A DNA stretch of 64,000 nucleotides from Massalongia carnosa (Eukaryota). The stretch covers positions 682,001-746,000 of the forward strand of contig OZ287068.1 of assembly GCA_965645245.1 (NCBI GenBank), read 5' to 3'. Every line of letters starts with the position of its first letter. The first letter of the stretch is position 1. The notes below the pieces were generated by a model, which was not told the origin of the DNA, made no database searches, and was given only the letters and a program-made list of their open reading frames with translations. The translations under genes and the position numbers were made by a program. This document shows, piece after piece, positions 31,947 to 49,970 of the stretch.

Positions 31947-34900
31947 TCATATCTTCACCAATCGCAGCAAGAAAGTTGCCTTTTGCACTTCCTGCTCCTC
32001 CTCTGCAATGACTTCATCAATAACGTTACCATTGGGAATTCTTCCATCGAACGCCGTTACCACATGCTTGTCTAACTGCCGTCGCAGTGCCTTTTCAATG
32101 GTCTTTCCATGAGTCTCAAAAACTTCTTCGATTCCAATATCCTCCGGATCGCTAAGAATCTTGTACTCCATCTTCACATCGTCAGTTGCTACCAGCTTGG
32201 CCTTTTTCCGCAATTGCTGCACTCGGTTAATAACTTCGCGAGCCAGCCCTTCGCGCACCAGCTCTGGGTATGATGCAGTATCCAGGATTGTAAGCACATC
32301 GTTATCCGTGTTCGGTTCCATGGCTTTCGAGGTTTCGTCTTCTTTCAATCCGCGTTTTACAATCAGATCCTCTTCCCAAAGCTGGATGCCATCCACAGTA
32401 ATCTTCTTATCATGGACGAACTGGCGAACATCATCACTTGTGAGATTAGGGAGTGCTTTCCTCACCTTCTGCCCATCTTTCTTTAGCTTCTTTCCAAGTA
32501 TAGGCCAGTCGACCGTTACGCTGTATTGGACATTATACTTCTCCTCATCTGAGGATAAAATAAGATTATGAATGTTTAGCTCCTCGCAGATTGCGCTTTT
32601 CAACGATTTCACGTCATCAAGATATACCTCATCAGGATGAATGACAACCAAGGTCTTCAAAGGCTGCTTGAGACCAATGGTTCTCCGTTCTCGTGACACT
32701 CGTCCAAGCTCGATAATTCGCTGCATACGCCCTACCTGCCGTTCAACTTCTTCGTCAAACAACTCCTCGCGGACCTCGGGAAAAGAAGCAAAGTGAACGC
32801 TTCTCGAATCTTCGCCTTGTATGGACTTTGGAACAAAGGGTATAAGACGTTGATATATTGTCTCAGTAAGAAAAGGGGTGAATGGTGCCAGGCCGCGCGT
32901 TAAAGTATAAAGAACTTCAAACAATGTGTTCAGAGCACGTTTAGTATCCTCAATGCCAAATTCACCTTTGAGTCGACGTCGGTTGAACCGAATATACCAG
33001 TTGGTAGTATTGTCAATCAGACGAAGCAATCTTGGCACGACAGTATAGAGTCTATACGTGGCCATTTCCTCGTTGACGAATTTTAGTAAGCTTTGACAAC
33101 TTGCAAGAATCCAGCGATCCATCACATTCTCATTACTTGATTCTGACTTGGGATCAAATAGAAATTCAACCTCTTCAACTTTCTTCAGGAGAAGAACCTG
33201 GTCGCTGAAGAATCTGTAAGAGTTCCAGAGAGGAAGTAGAACTTTTGCCACAATCTCCTTAACCCCTGATTCTTTGAAGGCGAACGGTTCAGCGCGGACG
33301 ACTGGTGAATTTATCATGTATAGCCGAAGTGCATCGGAACCGTATTTCTCCATGATAAGAGCTGGATCGGGGTAATTCTTAAGCCGCTTTGACATCTTCT
33401 TGCCATCTGATGCAAGAACAATCCCATTCACAATGCAATTCTTGAAAGGCAAACACTGGAATAGATGTGTCCCTAAAACAGTCAATGTATAGAACCACCC
33501 CCGTGTTTGATCCAGGCCTTCTGCAATAAAATCACCCGGAAAGGAAGCTTTGAAATCCTCCACATGCTCAAAAGGATAATGAGATGAGGCATAAGGCATA
33601 CTCCCGGACTCGAACCAGCAGTCAAAGACCTCCTCAGTCCGTCGAAGAAGGCCTTTCCCTTGCTTACTGGGAATAGTGATGCTGTCGACCTTGTCTCGAT
33701 GGATATCTGTAATTTCCCCTTCGAAACCACTTAATCGCTTTAGTTCCTCCACACTTCCCACACAAACGACCTCCTTGAGGTCGTCGCTTACCCACAGCGG
33801 TAATGGAGTGCCCCAATATCGGTTTCTTGATACATTCCAGTCTCTGGCGTTGGCGATCCAATTTTTAAAGCGATTTTCTTTTACAAAATTTGGTACCCAG
33901 TGAGACTTATCTATGTTCTGCAGAATATCAGGGATGATATCAGTGACCTTCACGAACCACGAAGGCACGGCTTTATAGATAAGAGGTGTATCGGAACGCC
34001 AGCAGAAAGGATAGCTGTGGGTGATCTGGCTGTCGACTACGAGGCGACCAGTCCCTTTGAGATGTTTTATAATGGCTTTATCCGCAGCCTTCACGTGTTG
34101 GCCAGCGAAATCGCGGACTTCTGCAGTGAAGCGTCCTTGTTCATCCACAGGATTCGGTGGCAAACGTTTATCGCTAATGACGCCTGCCTGGAAGGCAACC
34201 TTGTAGTCCTCTTCGCCAAATGCCGGCGACTGATGAACTATGCCGACACCGCTTTCAGCCGTTACATAATTGGCATTCAGTAGCCTAAATCCGAAATCTT
34301 TGAACTCGTCATAGAAATAATTGAAGAGAGGCTCGTACTGCCATCCTAACATATCTTTACCTTTTATTCGATCTACGACCTTAAACTTTGCCTTCTTCGG
34401 ATCCTTGTAGAGCGTCTTCAAGAGAACTTCTAACAGGATGTAATTCTTGGTCGATGCCTCATCGTAGATCTTGACATATTCGAAATCGGGATGGGCTGCA
34501 AGAGCAATATTTGAAGGGAGCGTCCAAGGTGTCGTCGTCCATGCAAGGAAATTGGTTTGAGGATCGCTGAGGAGCGGGAACGTCACAACGACCGCAGGGT
34601 CCTGAGTATCCTGGTAGTTTTGTTGGGCTTCAAAATTGCTCAGGGGCGTGTTGAGAGCGGTGGAGTATGGCATAACCCGGTAGCCTCGATACACAGCATC
34701 CTTTTCGAAAAGTTGTTTGAACACCCACCAGACTGACTCCATAAAGGTAACATCCATAGTCTATGAGAATGGAACATTAGCGAATTAGCCTCTCCAGCTC
34801 CGTCTCTTTGCACAATATTTCTTACCTTATAATCATTATCAAAGTCGATCCAACGGCCCAGCCGGTCGATTGTTTCCCTCCATTCTCCAGCATATCTCAT

Positions 34901-35254
34901 AACAATGGCACGACATTCAGTATTATATTTCTCCAATCCCATCTCCATCACCGCGCTTTTGCCTGACAGACCAAATTTCTTATCAATCTCATGCTCGATC
35001 GGGAGTCCATGAGTGTCCCAGCCAAATCGTCGCTCCACATAATAACCCTTCATAGACCAATAACGAGGAATGATGTCTTTGATTGTGGAAGTGAGAAGAT
35101 GGCCATAGTGGGGTAAACCTGTTGCGAATGGAGGTCCATCGTAAAAAGTGTATGGTTGACGGCCCTTGGACAGCTCAAGCTGTCTCTCAAATGCTCTGAT
35201 ATCTTTCCACCGTTTCAAGACCTTTTCCTCCTCTCGAGGGAAGTCAACAGACAT
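31947..35254 (-). CDS. ILS1: Cytoplasmic isoleucyl-tRNA synthetase, 2 exons
   Basis: [14 protein letters not shown] (HIGH-type), [12 protein letters not shown] editing motif, [10 protein letters not shown] and KMSKR. Confidence 0.97.
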
Positions 35255-35355
35255 GATTGAAATATGACGGTAGCTCTCATGTGGCAGCTTTGTACTTGGC
35301 TCATCAAATGGGAGTAAATGGTCGCGAATGGTTTTTCTAGGAGTTATATTATGTA

Positions 35356-35362
35356 TGAGTCA
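35356..35362. promoter_or_regulatory. Gcn4/CpcA response element TGAGTCA about 100 bp upstream of the ILS1 ATG
   Basis: Perfect TGASTCA. Aminoacyl-tRNA synthetase genes are established cross-pathway-control targets. Confidence 0.6.
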
Positions 35363-35608
35363 GAGCTTGAAACCCAATTTTTAGATCTCAATATAGAAAC
35401 TATGTAGATTCGGAAAATCCCAGGACATAACCCAAAGAACTCGGAGTTCATTTACTGTAACTAGTGGTAATAAGATATAGATTATCAAACACATGAACAA
35501 GCCTCTAGTTTGACATATTTAGGTATGCACCTTGTTTATGAGTACATGGTATCTCTTTGCAAGTTCGCTCAAAGGCTCAAAATTGAGATCCGGTTATTTT
35601 GTATCATC

Positions 35609-38600
35609 CTACTCCTCCTGATCTGCATCACCGTCCTCCTCAGCATCGGACACCTGTTCTCCGAATTTCCGTAATGTTTTCTGAATAGGTTAGCCTCGAG
35701 CATTTTATTCAAGGTTGAAGCGCTATATACCTTATCCCTTGACCGTTTCTCCTCCAGATCTCCAAGAACCATGAATAAATCATCAAGTTCAGTTTGCGCA
35801 GTCTTCCGAGATTCTTCTTTAATATCAAGCTCGCCCTGTATGCGCGTTAACCTTGCCTCGGCATCCGCTGCCTTTTCTTCTGCCCGCTCAAGCCTCGACT
35901 CAAGGCTAGACAGCTTTGTAGAATAATCCTCGTGAGCAGTTTCAAGGTCTTGTATGTGATCCTTGTTAGACTTGGCAAGCTCGTTCTCTAGGCTCTGGAT
36001 AGTAGCTTTCAGATCATCAATTTCAGCATCAGTCCTTGCTCGTATCCTTGCTATAGCCGCGTCGCTATCATGTTTGGCTTTCTGCACTTCGTCTTGCATG
36101 GATAGGATAGCAGATTCATAATAAGTCTGAGCTGCCAGTTGGGCAACACGACTCTCCTTCGTAAGCTTTTGCAGATATTCTTCGTGATTTCGTTGCAGCG
36201 CATCGTTGATGTTTTTAATCCTACCTAATTCAATGGCTGCAGACTCTTTCGCCTTCCGATGATCAGCCTGCTCCTGGCCCAGCTTGCGTTCTATCGTCAC
36301 TATCTCGGAATCAAGTTTCTGTATTGTTTGTGAGCGATCCTCCACTTGCGACCTCAAAGAGTCGACTAGTTCACGAGATACACCCTTCTGTATACCATTG
36401 GCAATCACCGGGACTTCAATCCCCGGAGCACGGTCAATTGCACGCAGTATGCGACTGAAATTGTCTTTCAAGAAGTCCACGAATGTCCTGTCAAAATATA
36501 CTTCGGGAAGCCCTCCGAGCTTACTTGAATTTAGACATTGCGGTAGAACCTCAAAATCTCGGACCATAGGATGCTCTCTTAGCCTCGTGATTCTGTCAGT
36601 ATATTGTTCATGACCCAGCTGACCTGTGAGAAGTTGGTGAAGCGTTTCTCTTGGTATCGGGGAATCTTTCGTTGAGAACTCGTATACAATGCCTAGAAGA
36701 AACGCACAAAGACCTGACACCAGAATTCGAGAGGGATTATTTTGGACAACAAGCTGCACTATGCTCTGGACATTACTTCCTTCTCCAAGAAAATCATTTA
36801 CCCCATCATGATCCTCATACAACCACCCACATAGAGTCATTAGATAGCCGATGGCAACTCTTTCATCTCCGTCTTTTCGTTCACTAGATATTAGGTTGCC
36901 TGTCAACGCTTGTATAAAAGTGACTACTTCTTCTCCATTTTCTGCATCACCATCCTTGACGGCCATCGCAGTGTTCTTCGCCTCAAAGTCTTCGTACAGG
37001 AGGTGAAATAATAAAACAGAAGCTATCCACGGCCGATAAGGATCTACTCCACGCTCAGTTTCTGAATCTTCTACAAGGATCGTGAGTATGTTATCAGCCT
37101 CGTGGACTTCAGAGACGTGGCCCTCAATGGCTCTTCGCAGGAAAAATAAGCGTATCTGAGCATGGCCATATAAGTATGCTTTAATGCTTTCCGCTGCGGA
37201 TAGTCGAAGGTCGAAGGTTTGAATAGAAGAAGACTCGGTCAGCGCAAGTTCAAGGAGAGCTTGCAAAACATTGACTCTTGGTAACGGTGTCCTTGTATGT
37301 ACATGGCCATTAACTTGTGGAGCTACATCTTCATCTTGTGGAGAAACGACCTCGAGCTGACCAAAACTTTCCTGGAGACCACTATTTCCCCGTATTAGGT
37401 CCGCAGAAGTTGCCAAAGCCTTGATATATGAATCGTTAACTCAAGGCTATACTCACGTACTTTGAATAGATCCTGGCTTACCTCGGCCCTAATACCAATA
37501 TCAACTGATCTATGAAAAGCTATCTCAAGAATTTCGGTCATGACACCACTCTGCCAGAATGATATTTGATTGGCTTGCGTTCCTATACTTCCTTTGACTA
37601 AGAAAAGCTGTAAGATTGCCAAAAGTCCCCACAAGTTCTTGTCTCGCTGAGGCTTAGCCCATTCAGCAACACCTTCCGGAGAGTCCTGCTCTCGTAAGAC
37701 CTCCTTCAGCAGTCCATGGAGCTTTTTCACCCATCCCGTTTCTCTAAAATATGATTGATTGGAAACATTCAAGCGAAGAAGGTTTGCCAGAAGAGACAGG
37801 CAGTCTTGAACGGCAATGCCACCATTTGTAAGGGAACCTTCGGCATCGATGATACCGAATATCCTATCGAAAGCATTCTCAAAGGCTACGAGTTTCTGAA
37901 GATCTGGAGAGAAGGGAGTGAGCGCCGTGAGCAGAAGCAAACCCTCTACAAAACAGCGATGGTCAGCACAACGTGCTATCTATATACCTATCTAGCGTCA
38001 TACCGTTACGAATAGCTTCTCTCTTATCCTCGAGAACCGCCACTAATCTTGAAACGCCCAGAGGCGCTGTGTAGACACATTCTTGTGTGCGTTGCGGTCG
38101 AGCTGTGGATATGGCAGATATCAGCTGCAAGGAATACAACCGTGAGAAGAATTCGGAAGTATCCAGCAGATCCAGAAGAATGGTAATGTTTTCTTGCCGC
38201 TACTCAATCCAAATCAGTGAGGGCAATTGTATTCCTTGCTCGTATAAGAACTTACCTGAGTAAACTCATCGGCAAGCCAGAGTGCTATGTCTTCTGATGC
38301 CTCCGGCTGCAATACTTTTAGTGCAGTTATGCAATAGCCTCTATGATACTCACACTTGAGTCATCCGGATTGAACAGCATTAGTAGCGTCTCCAGTATCA
38401 CCTTGGTCGTGTCCGCATCTTCCACATCTTTATTGAGACAGCTAATCAAGTTTCTTAATGCCCCGGAAGCTACCGACGCAGGGTATAGCTTCGCGAAGCT
38501 TCTCAGCCCCAATATCGCAGCGCGTCTATCTTCTAGAAGGGTGGCACTTTGCAAGCGTCCACTGAGGGTGTTTATCGTCGTTGTGGCATTTTGCTTCGCC

Positions 38601-38629
38601 GGTGCCTGTGACTCGAGTATGCGGAACAT
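35609..38629 (-). CDS. USO1: ER-Golgi tether Uso1/p115, ~6 exons
   Basis: ATLLEDRRAAILGLRSF, LQKLVAFENAFDRIF head domain, long coiled coil, ELDDLFMVLGDLEEKR, and an acidic tail exon KTLRKFGEQVSDAEEDGDADQEE* (stop at 35609). Confidence 0.94.
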
Positions 38630-39097
38630 GGTGTTATACAGGTAAGGCGGGTCGTAGAACAGTAGTTCTTGAAAGACACATCATTTGATAGGTTGAAGTT
38701 CCGGCTATCCTTTAGGGGATACCTAACAGGGCGCGAAGTTGGCCCTTGTCAATAAACCAACACTGGGACGGAGGGCTCTCTTAGGCGGTCGATAGATTGA
38801 AATGTCCCACATGTCGTAAGGTACGGAGTAGGTATCTTTAGGGCTTCATGTATAAGGCACAATACAGCTAGTTTAGCGATAGTAATATTGCAGCGGCGCA
38901 AATGCTAGTTACTTATCGGGCGCTCCATCAAGCGCAATTCCTCATCGATAACGCCCCAAACCGGGTCCGCCTACGCAAATAAATAAGAGTATAGTATCCT
39001 ACCTTAATCACTGCTTCTGAACGAAACGTGCGGTAAGACACCTTCGCTGCGCATCAGTATTCGTTCTTCTCTGCTACAGTCTACTCTGTACTCGAGT

Positions 39098-39225
39098 GGT
39101 AATTTCTTTCATGCCTCTTGGTTTTCTGCTTGAAATACTGATAGTGTTGATTTATAGTGAGCTTGAAAAACGGAACCACCCCCTCAAACACAGTGCTATG
39201 CTCTGCTTACGCCTAAATTAAATAG
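39098..39225 (+). other. Candidate [D1,2] spliceosomal twin intron in the RAT1 5' leader
   Basis: G39098 + [GTAATT...TACTGAT...TTATAG, 39099-39157] + TGAGC... Removing the inner intron recreates a GTGAGC donor for an outer intron ending AATAG at 39225. Confidence 0.5.
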
Positions 39226-39235
39226 CTATAAAAAA

Positions 39236-42200
39236 ATGGGTGTCCCAGCCCTCTTCAGATGGCTGTCTCAGAAGTATCCCAAGATCGTTTCGTCCGTCAT
39301 CGAAGAACAGCCTCACGAGGTAGATGGACAACAAGTGCCTATTAATACCCTCCGTTCAAATCCCAATGGGGAAGAGTTCGACAATCTGTATCTGGATATG
39401 AATGGAATTGTGCATCCATGCTCTCACCCAGAAGACCGGCCGCCGCCGGCAACAGAAGAGGAGATGATGTTGGCGGTGTTTGCCTATACAGACCGCGTGG
39501 TGAACATGGTTCGGCCGAGAAGGCTTTTGCTTATTGCTGTTGGTATGTCTAAAGCTGTGGAGGTCCAGGATAAGATCTGGGCTTGTGTCCCCTCTGTGGA
39601 CGGCTGCCCTATCTACTGAGATTTCGAAGTCGCCAAGGGGGGTACATCTCTACAATTTACTTATTCTATCTATGAAAATTTGCGCTGACAATCACGATAT
39701 AGATGGAGTAGCGCCAAGGGCGAAGATGAACCAACAACGTTCGCGCCGTTTCAGATCCGCTCAAGAGGCAAAGGAAAAGGATGAAGACAAGGAGGCATTA
39801 CTCAAGATGCTTAAATCTCAAAATGGAGGCGTGGTGCATGAAGATACATCTAGTCTAATGCAAAAGAAAACTTGGGACAGCAACGCGATTACCCCAGGAA
39901 CTCCGTTTATGGACATTCTAGCCGCATGTCTTAGGTATTGGTGTGCGTATAAAATCAATACTGATCCGGCCTGGGAAAAGGTATACTAATCATCTATCTC
40001 AAACCCAAAAAGAGCACTAATGTTCGTAGGTTAAAGTCATCATCTCAGATGCTACAGTTCCAGGGGAAGGAGAACATAAGATAATGGAGTTTATCAGATC
40101 TCAGCGGGCTTCCCCTGACCATGATCCCAATACCCGCCACGTAATATACGGTCTTGTGTGTGATGAAATGATCTTGAACAACAGGCGGCTAATTATCAAT
40201 ATAGGATGCTGATCTTATCATGCTAGGACTAGCAACCCATGAACCTCATTTCCGTGTTCTGCGTGAAGATGTTTTCTTCCAAGAATCCAAAGCGCGAACA
40301 TGCCGCATCTGTGGACAAAAGGGTCATTTAGCGGACGCCTGCCTTGGGGAGGCAAAACAAAAGGACGGAGATTTCGACGAGAAAGATAAAGCCTTGGCCT
40401 TAAAGCCTTTCATCTGGCTCCATGTTTCGATCCTTCGGGAGTATTTGGAGGCGGAGCTCTATGTGCCACAGCAGCCGTTTCGATTCGATTTAGAGAGAGC
40501 TTTGGATGATTGGGTATTTATGTGCTTCTTCGTGGGGAATGACTTCCTCCCACATTTGCCAAGCCTTGACATCAGAGAGAATGGGATTGATACTCTCATT
40601 GCGATTTGGCGCGATAACATTCCTCTCATGGGTGGTTATGTTACTAAAGATGGTCACGTCGACTTAGAGCGAGCCCAATTTATACTAGATGGCTTGGCAA
40701 AACAGGAAGATGCGATCTTCCGACGCCGTCGACAAACAGAAGAGCGAAGAGATGCAAACGCCAAACGTCGAAAGCTTGATGAGCAGAGCAGAAGCAATAA
40801 TCGAAGCTCTAGCAGCGCAAATTCTGCCGGACCTAATACTCGTCGCAAATCTCCAGACTACACCACGCCCACCCATCATGGTACACCCCGCGCTAAGCCA
40901 GTAAACCCCACAGTGGCTCCCCCAGACCTTCCTCTATTCATTCCTAGTAAAGGTCATATCTCACGAGAGGAAAAGGCAATGACCCATGACATGGTTGTAA
41001 ATCGTAATTCGGTCTATAAAGCGAATATTGCAAATAAAAGTGCTGCGGCTACGCTGAAAAGCCGACTACTCAATGGCGGTAGGGGCAGCGAGGTTCCAGG
41101 TTCATCCACTGACAAGGCTCAAGACACCGTTGGACAAGTAGAGCCTTCTGAGAATGTGGAAGCAGAGAAAACGCCTTTATCAGCTCTAGGCAAGAGAAAA
41201 GCGGAGTTTATAGATGACGACGATAGCAGCACTCCCGGCCGCAGTTCTCCGAATCCTTCCAAGACGAACGGAGACATTGATGAGCCTCCACCAGACAATA
41301 TTCGTCTATGGGAAGAAGGCTATGCTGACAGATATTATGAGCAAAAGTTCAGCGTTGACCCCAAGGATGTTGGATTTCGCAGCCAGGTTGCAAAGGCGTA
41401 CGTTGAAGGCCTTGCTTGGGTGCTACTATATTACTTTCAAGGCTGTCCGTCTTGGACCTGGTACTATCCTTACCATTATGCTCCTTTTGCTACGGATTTT
41501 GTCGATTTGAATCGAATGAGTATTAAGTTCGAGAAAGGGAAACCTTTCAAGCCTTTTGAACAGTTAATGGGCGTTTTGCCCGCCGCTTCCAATCACGCCA
41601 TCCCAGAGGTTTTTAGGTCCTTGATGAATGACGAAGACAGCGATATCATTGATTTCTACCCAGAAGAGTTCCCTATTGACCTTAACGGTAAGAAATTTGC
41701 GTGGCAAGGGGTTGCTTTGTTGCCTTGGATTGATGAAAAGCGACTATTAAGCGCTATGGCAACTAGATACCCACTACTGTCAGCAGAAGATGCAGCCAGG
41801 AACGAAATGGGCAAAGATGTACTGATAATGTCTGATCGCCACCCTCTGTATGAGGATGTAGCAACCAATTTCTATTCCAAACGCCAAGGACTCCCAGTAT
41901 TTAAAATAAACCCTCAAGTGAGCGGGGGTCTAGCCGGTAGTGTTGAGAAAAACGAGGATTACTTACCTCAGAGCGCTCTTACATTCCCGTTAGACGATGG
42001 TGGAATGCCCAACCTCGATGAGGATCACTCAATCAGGTATGTCCTAATTGAGTTATTGGATGATTTGCTCTCTAACGACGACGCTAGTGTTCACTATGAA
42101 ATGCCTCGCTCCACGTACATTCATAAATCAATGCTTCTTGCCGGCATCAAATTTGCTCTGCCGGCACTCGATCGTGCTGATATTGAAGCAACAAAGGCTC

Positions 42201-42652
42201 GCGCGAACCGCTCAGGCCGTTCATATGGGGGGGTACCATTGCGAGGCGATCAAGGAAACGGTCGTAGTCGAGGTGGTCAAACTCAATTTGCTGACCCGAG
42301 GCCTAACCCTTTCGCCGCCCACGTCAATCCAGGTTTCCTTCCGCAGGTCGTGCCAGGAAATTATCGGGGAGGGCCACCTCCGCCCCCAGCAGGTTGGGGG
42401 CCCCCTCCGCCAGGATCTGAAGATTTTCGACGGGGTCCTCCGCCACCGCCCAGTTCATATGGAGGCCTTCCTCATGGATATCCGCCCCTTCCACAAAACT
42501 TCAATTACGGTAGGCCGCCCCCACCTTCACCCCAAGGCTACTATAATGGACATCATGATGGAAGTTATGGGACTCAATTTTCCAGCAACCAATACTCCGG
42601 TCCACCTCCAGATGGTCGGTATGGAGGGTATCACGACAGGAATGGCAGATGA
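39236..42652 (+). CDS. RAT1: Nuclear 5'-3' exoribonuclease Rat1/Xrn2, 5 coding exons
   Basis: [65 protein letters not shown] knuckle [14 protein letters not shown] and a Pro/Gly-rich tail. Confidence 0.97.
39543..39702 (+). other. 160-nt RAT1 intron containing a ~105-nt predicted three-way-junction RNA structure
   Basis: GTATGT donor, GCTGAC branch at 39684 and ATAG acceptor. Stems found by hand: 39556-63/39647-54, 39564-69/39576-81 and 39584-93/39637-46. Confidence 0.6.
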
Positions 42653-43282
42653 TATATCTGTTTTTGATCGAGGTTTCCTGCGATCGACGACGTCAGGCAA
42701 GGGCATATTATTTTTTTTCTTTTTCGGATGTGTACTTGATGTATTTTGATTTCCCAGATAAGTCCGGCATTCCGCAAACACGATGCCGTGTAACGTAGGA
42801 CAGTATAATACCCACGTTTGAAGGGTCCAGAACCCCTAGTTCCTCTGTCGTTGGTAGGACAATGTAAAAGTTTAAATTCGGCCTCCGAGAGGCGACAAAT
42901 ATAGCAACTTATAGAGAATGACCTAGCAATACAGGAGAAGCGAGATCTTTCTTCCAATCCCGATGTAGCAAACATCTTTCTTAAGCTTGAGAGAATGATC
43001 TTCTTCAACAATTCAATAAATCTAGACTTCGTTGTTCTCAGCGGCAGGTAACTCTCCAGTTACGGGTATGATGATGATGGGGGAATAATAGAGAAGAATC
43101 TTACCATCCGCTTCACCGTGGGTCTGCTTGCTTTTCAGCCCCCAGGCTAAATCCATAATACTTAAATATGAGGGTCACGGTTAAGTGTAACATTCAATAT
43201 TGATGCCAGCATTGTATTTAGTTAAGTGATTTTCTGGCTCAAGATTGTTGCTGGCGGAAGTGAAACAGTTCCTCATTTCTAG

Positions 43283-48316
<5,034 letters not shown>

Positions 48317-48970
48317 ATTATGGCGGAGATTAATAGGAGAATAAGAATAAAAATGATAGTTTCTCTTAGATATGAAAAATAAAATAAAAAAAACTCGAAA
48401 CACGTGTGGATTCCCGCACTCGACAATTGGATAGCCGGCAGTTTGATGGCTGGCAGTTGATAACGGAATACTGACAAATCGACTATCGACAGACAGACAT
48501 ACCCCTAAAAAAAAAAATAGAAAGATAGAATATCTGTCTTGCCTGTTTTTCTCCATCGCAGTTCGTCGCAGCCCGTTCCGTTTCCATCCCCGATCCCTGC
48601 CATCTACCCATCCACTCCGTCCTTTCCTTCAACCCCCCCTCCACATCCCCGCCTCTCCCCCGTTCTCCCGTACGATTTCTCAAGCTGCAGACGACGACGA
48701 CGAAGATATGTATGTATATTCTTTTCATTTCGTTTTGGTTTACCTATTGATTTTCTTTTTGTTATTTTTTGAGTTCTATTCCTGTTTCCCTGGCCCGAAG
48801 ATAAGTAGACAGGTGGGGACAAAGAAATAGACAGACAGTTTACAAGGAAGTCTTCTTCTCCTTCTCCTCCTCCTCTCCTTCCGCTCCCCCTTTCCTTTGT
48901 TTCCTTCGTTTCCAGTCACTGCCAAGCCTGTCTGGTGGGGTCGGTGCTATTTCTGCAGGAATCGATACAC

Positions 48971-49009
48971 GAGACGAAGGAGACGAAGGAGACGAAGGAG
49001 ACGAAGGAG
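48971..49009. repeat. (GAGACGAAG)x4 minisatellite
   Basis: Four exact 9-bp units read directly. Confidence 0.9.
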
Positions 49010-49391
49010 TGAATCATGTCAACTTTACTTGTGCGCGTTTTTTTTGCTTTTGTTTTGTTTTTGCTGCAGGAAAACTACAGAGGAAACAATAAAGTAGGAT
49101 TGGTTCATGCAGGTAGATAGAGGAGCAAAAAAATCGAGACAACGCTATCGACGGAAAGGGGAAGTGAGGGTTTTCATTCGAAGCTATCTATGTATCTAGG
49201 TATGTATGTATGGGCCCCACCCTCCCCGTTCCTTGTTTTTTTCTTTTCATTTCATTTCTTTTCTTTCGTTGATAGCTGCTAGGAAACTCGTTCATGCGTA
49301 CATACAAACATACATACAGAATCGTTACTATATATGTACAATACACCATACCGTGAGCATGAGATCCCACGTGCCCGCAAAGACGTAAGAT

Positions 49392-49432
49392 AGAGAGAGA
49401 GAGTGTGTGTGTATGTGTGTGTGTGTGTGTGT
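49392..49432. repeat. Compound (AG)n(TG)n microsatellite
   Basis: agagagagagagtgtgtgtgtatgtgtg... read directly. Confidence 0.9.
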
Positions 49433-49970
49433 AGGGGAAGAATGAGGGTAAACACGTTCCCTATGCAGTTCTCCTCGGCAATGGAAAATGATGGGGAAAA
49501 AACAACACTGATGGTGAGGGGAAATAAAAAGCAAACCATTAGATTATTAAACGTGCATCTCCTATTCGCACATTTCACGCCGATTCATCCCATCATTATT
49601 TCCCCCAAACAGGAAGCAGAAAAGTCAAGCACTTTTGTATAGTCCAGAGAACATTAAACCTGACCCATGAGGACGTAAAAAACCAGGAAATACCAATTGC
49701 GCCTGGAGCGCCAACGCTTGGTCTAAGGACCCAAAACAGTGGGTGGGTGTTACAAAACGGGTACTGACAACAAATTAAATCGAAAGGGTTTGGGGAGAAA
49801 GGTTAAAATCTTGGTGAAAGCCTTAAAGAGGATATTGGAAGCGTCCTGGCATGCAATTAAGATATGTGCCTAAATGTGGCTGGGTGGCTGCTGAAGACTT
49901 CCGCAAGGTAAATTCACATCCCAGTTCCCCGATAAGTAAAATGGAACATCGCAAGTCCAACAGCCCCATA

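Noticed and set aside
39556..39660. TPP riboswitch or H/ACA snoRNA identity for the RAT1 intron structure (CTGAGA, an ANANNA-like loop and a terminal ACA are present)
   Set aside because: The TPP-like elements are in the wrong order and the conserved P4/P5 core is missing. The ANANNA sits in a loop with no room for a 5' hairpin, and there is no pocket 14-16 nt upstream of the ACA.
48971..49009. Short regular repeats as a CRISPR-like array or poly-Arg ORF
   Set aside because: They are tandem 9-mers without spacers in a eukaryotic intergenic region, so a simple minisatellite.
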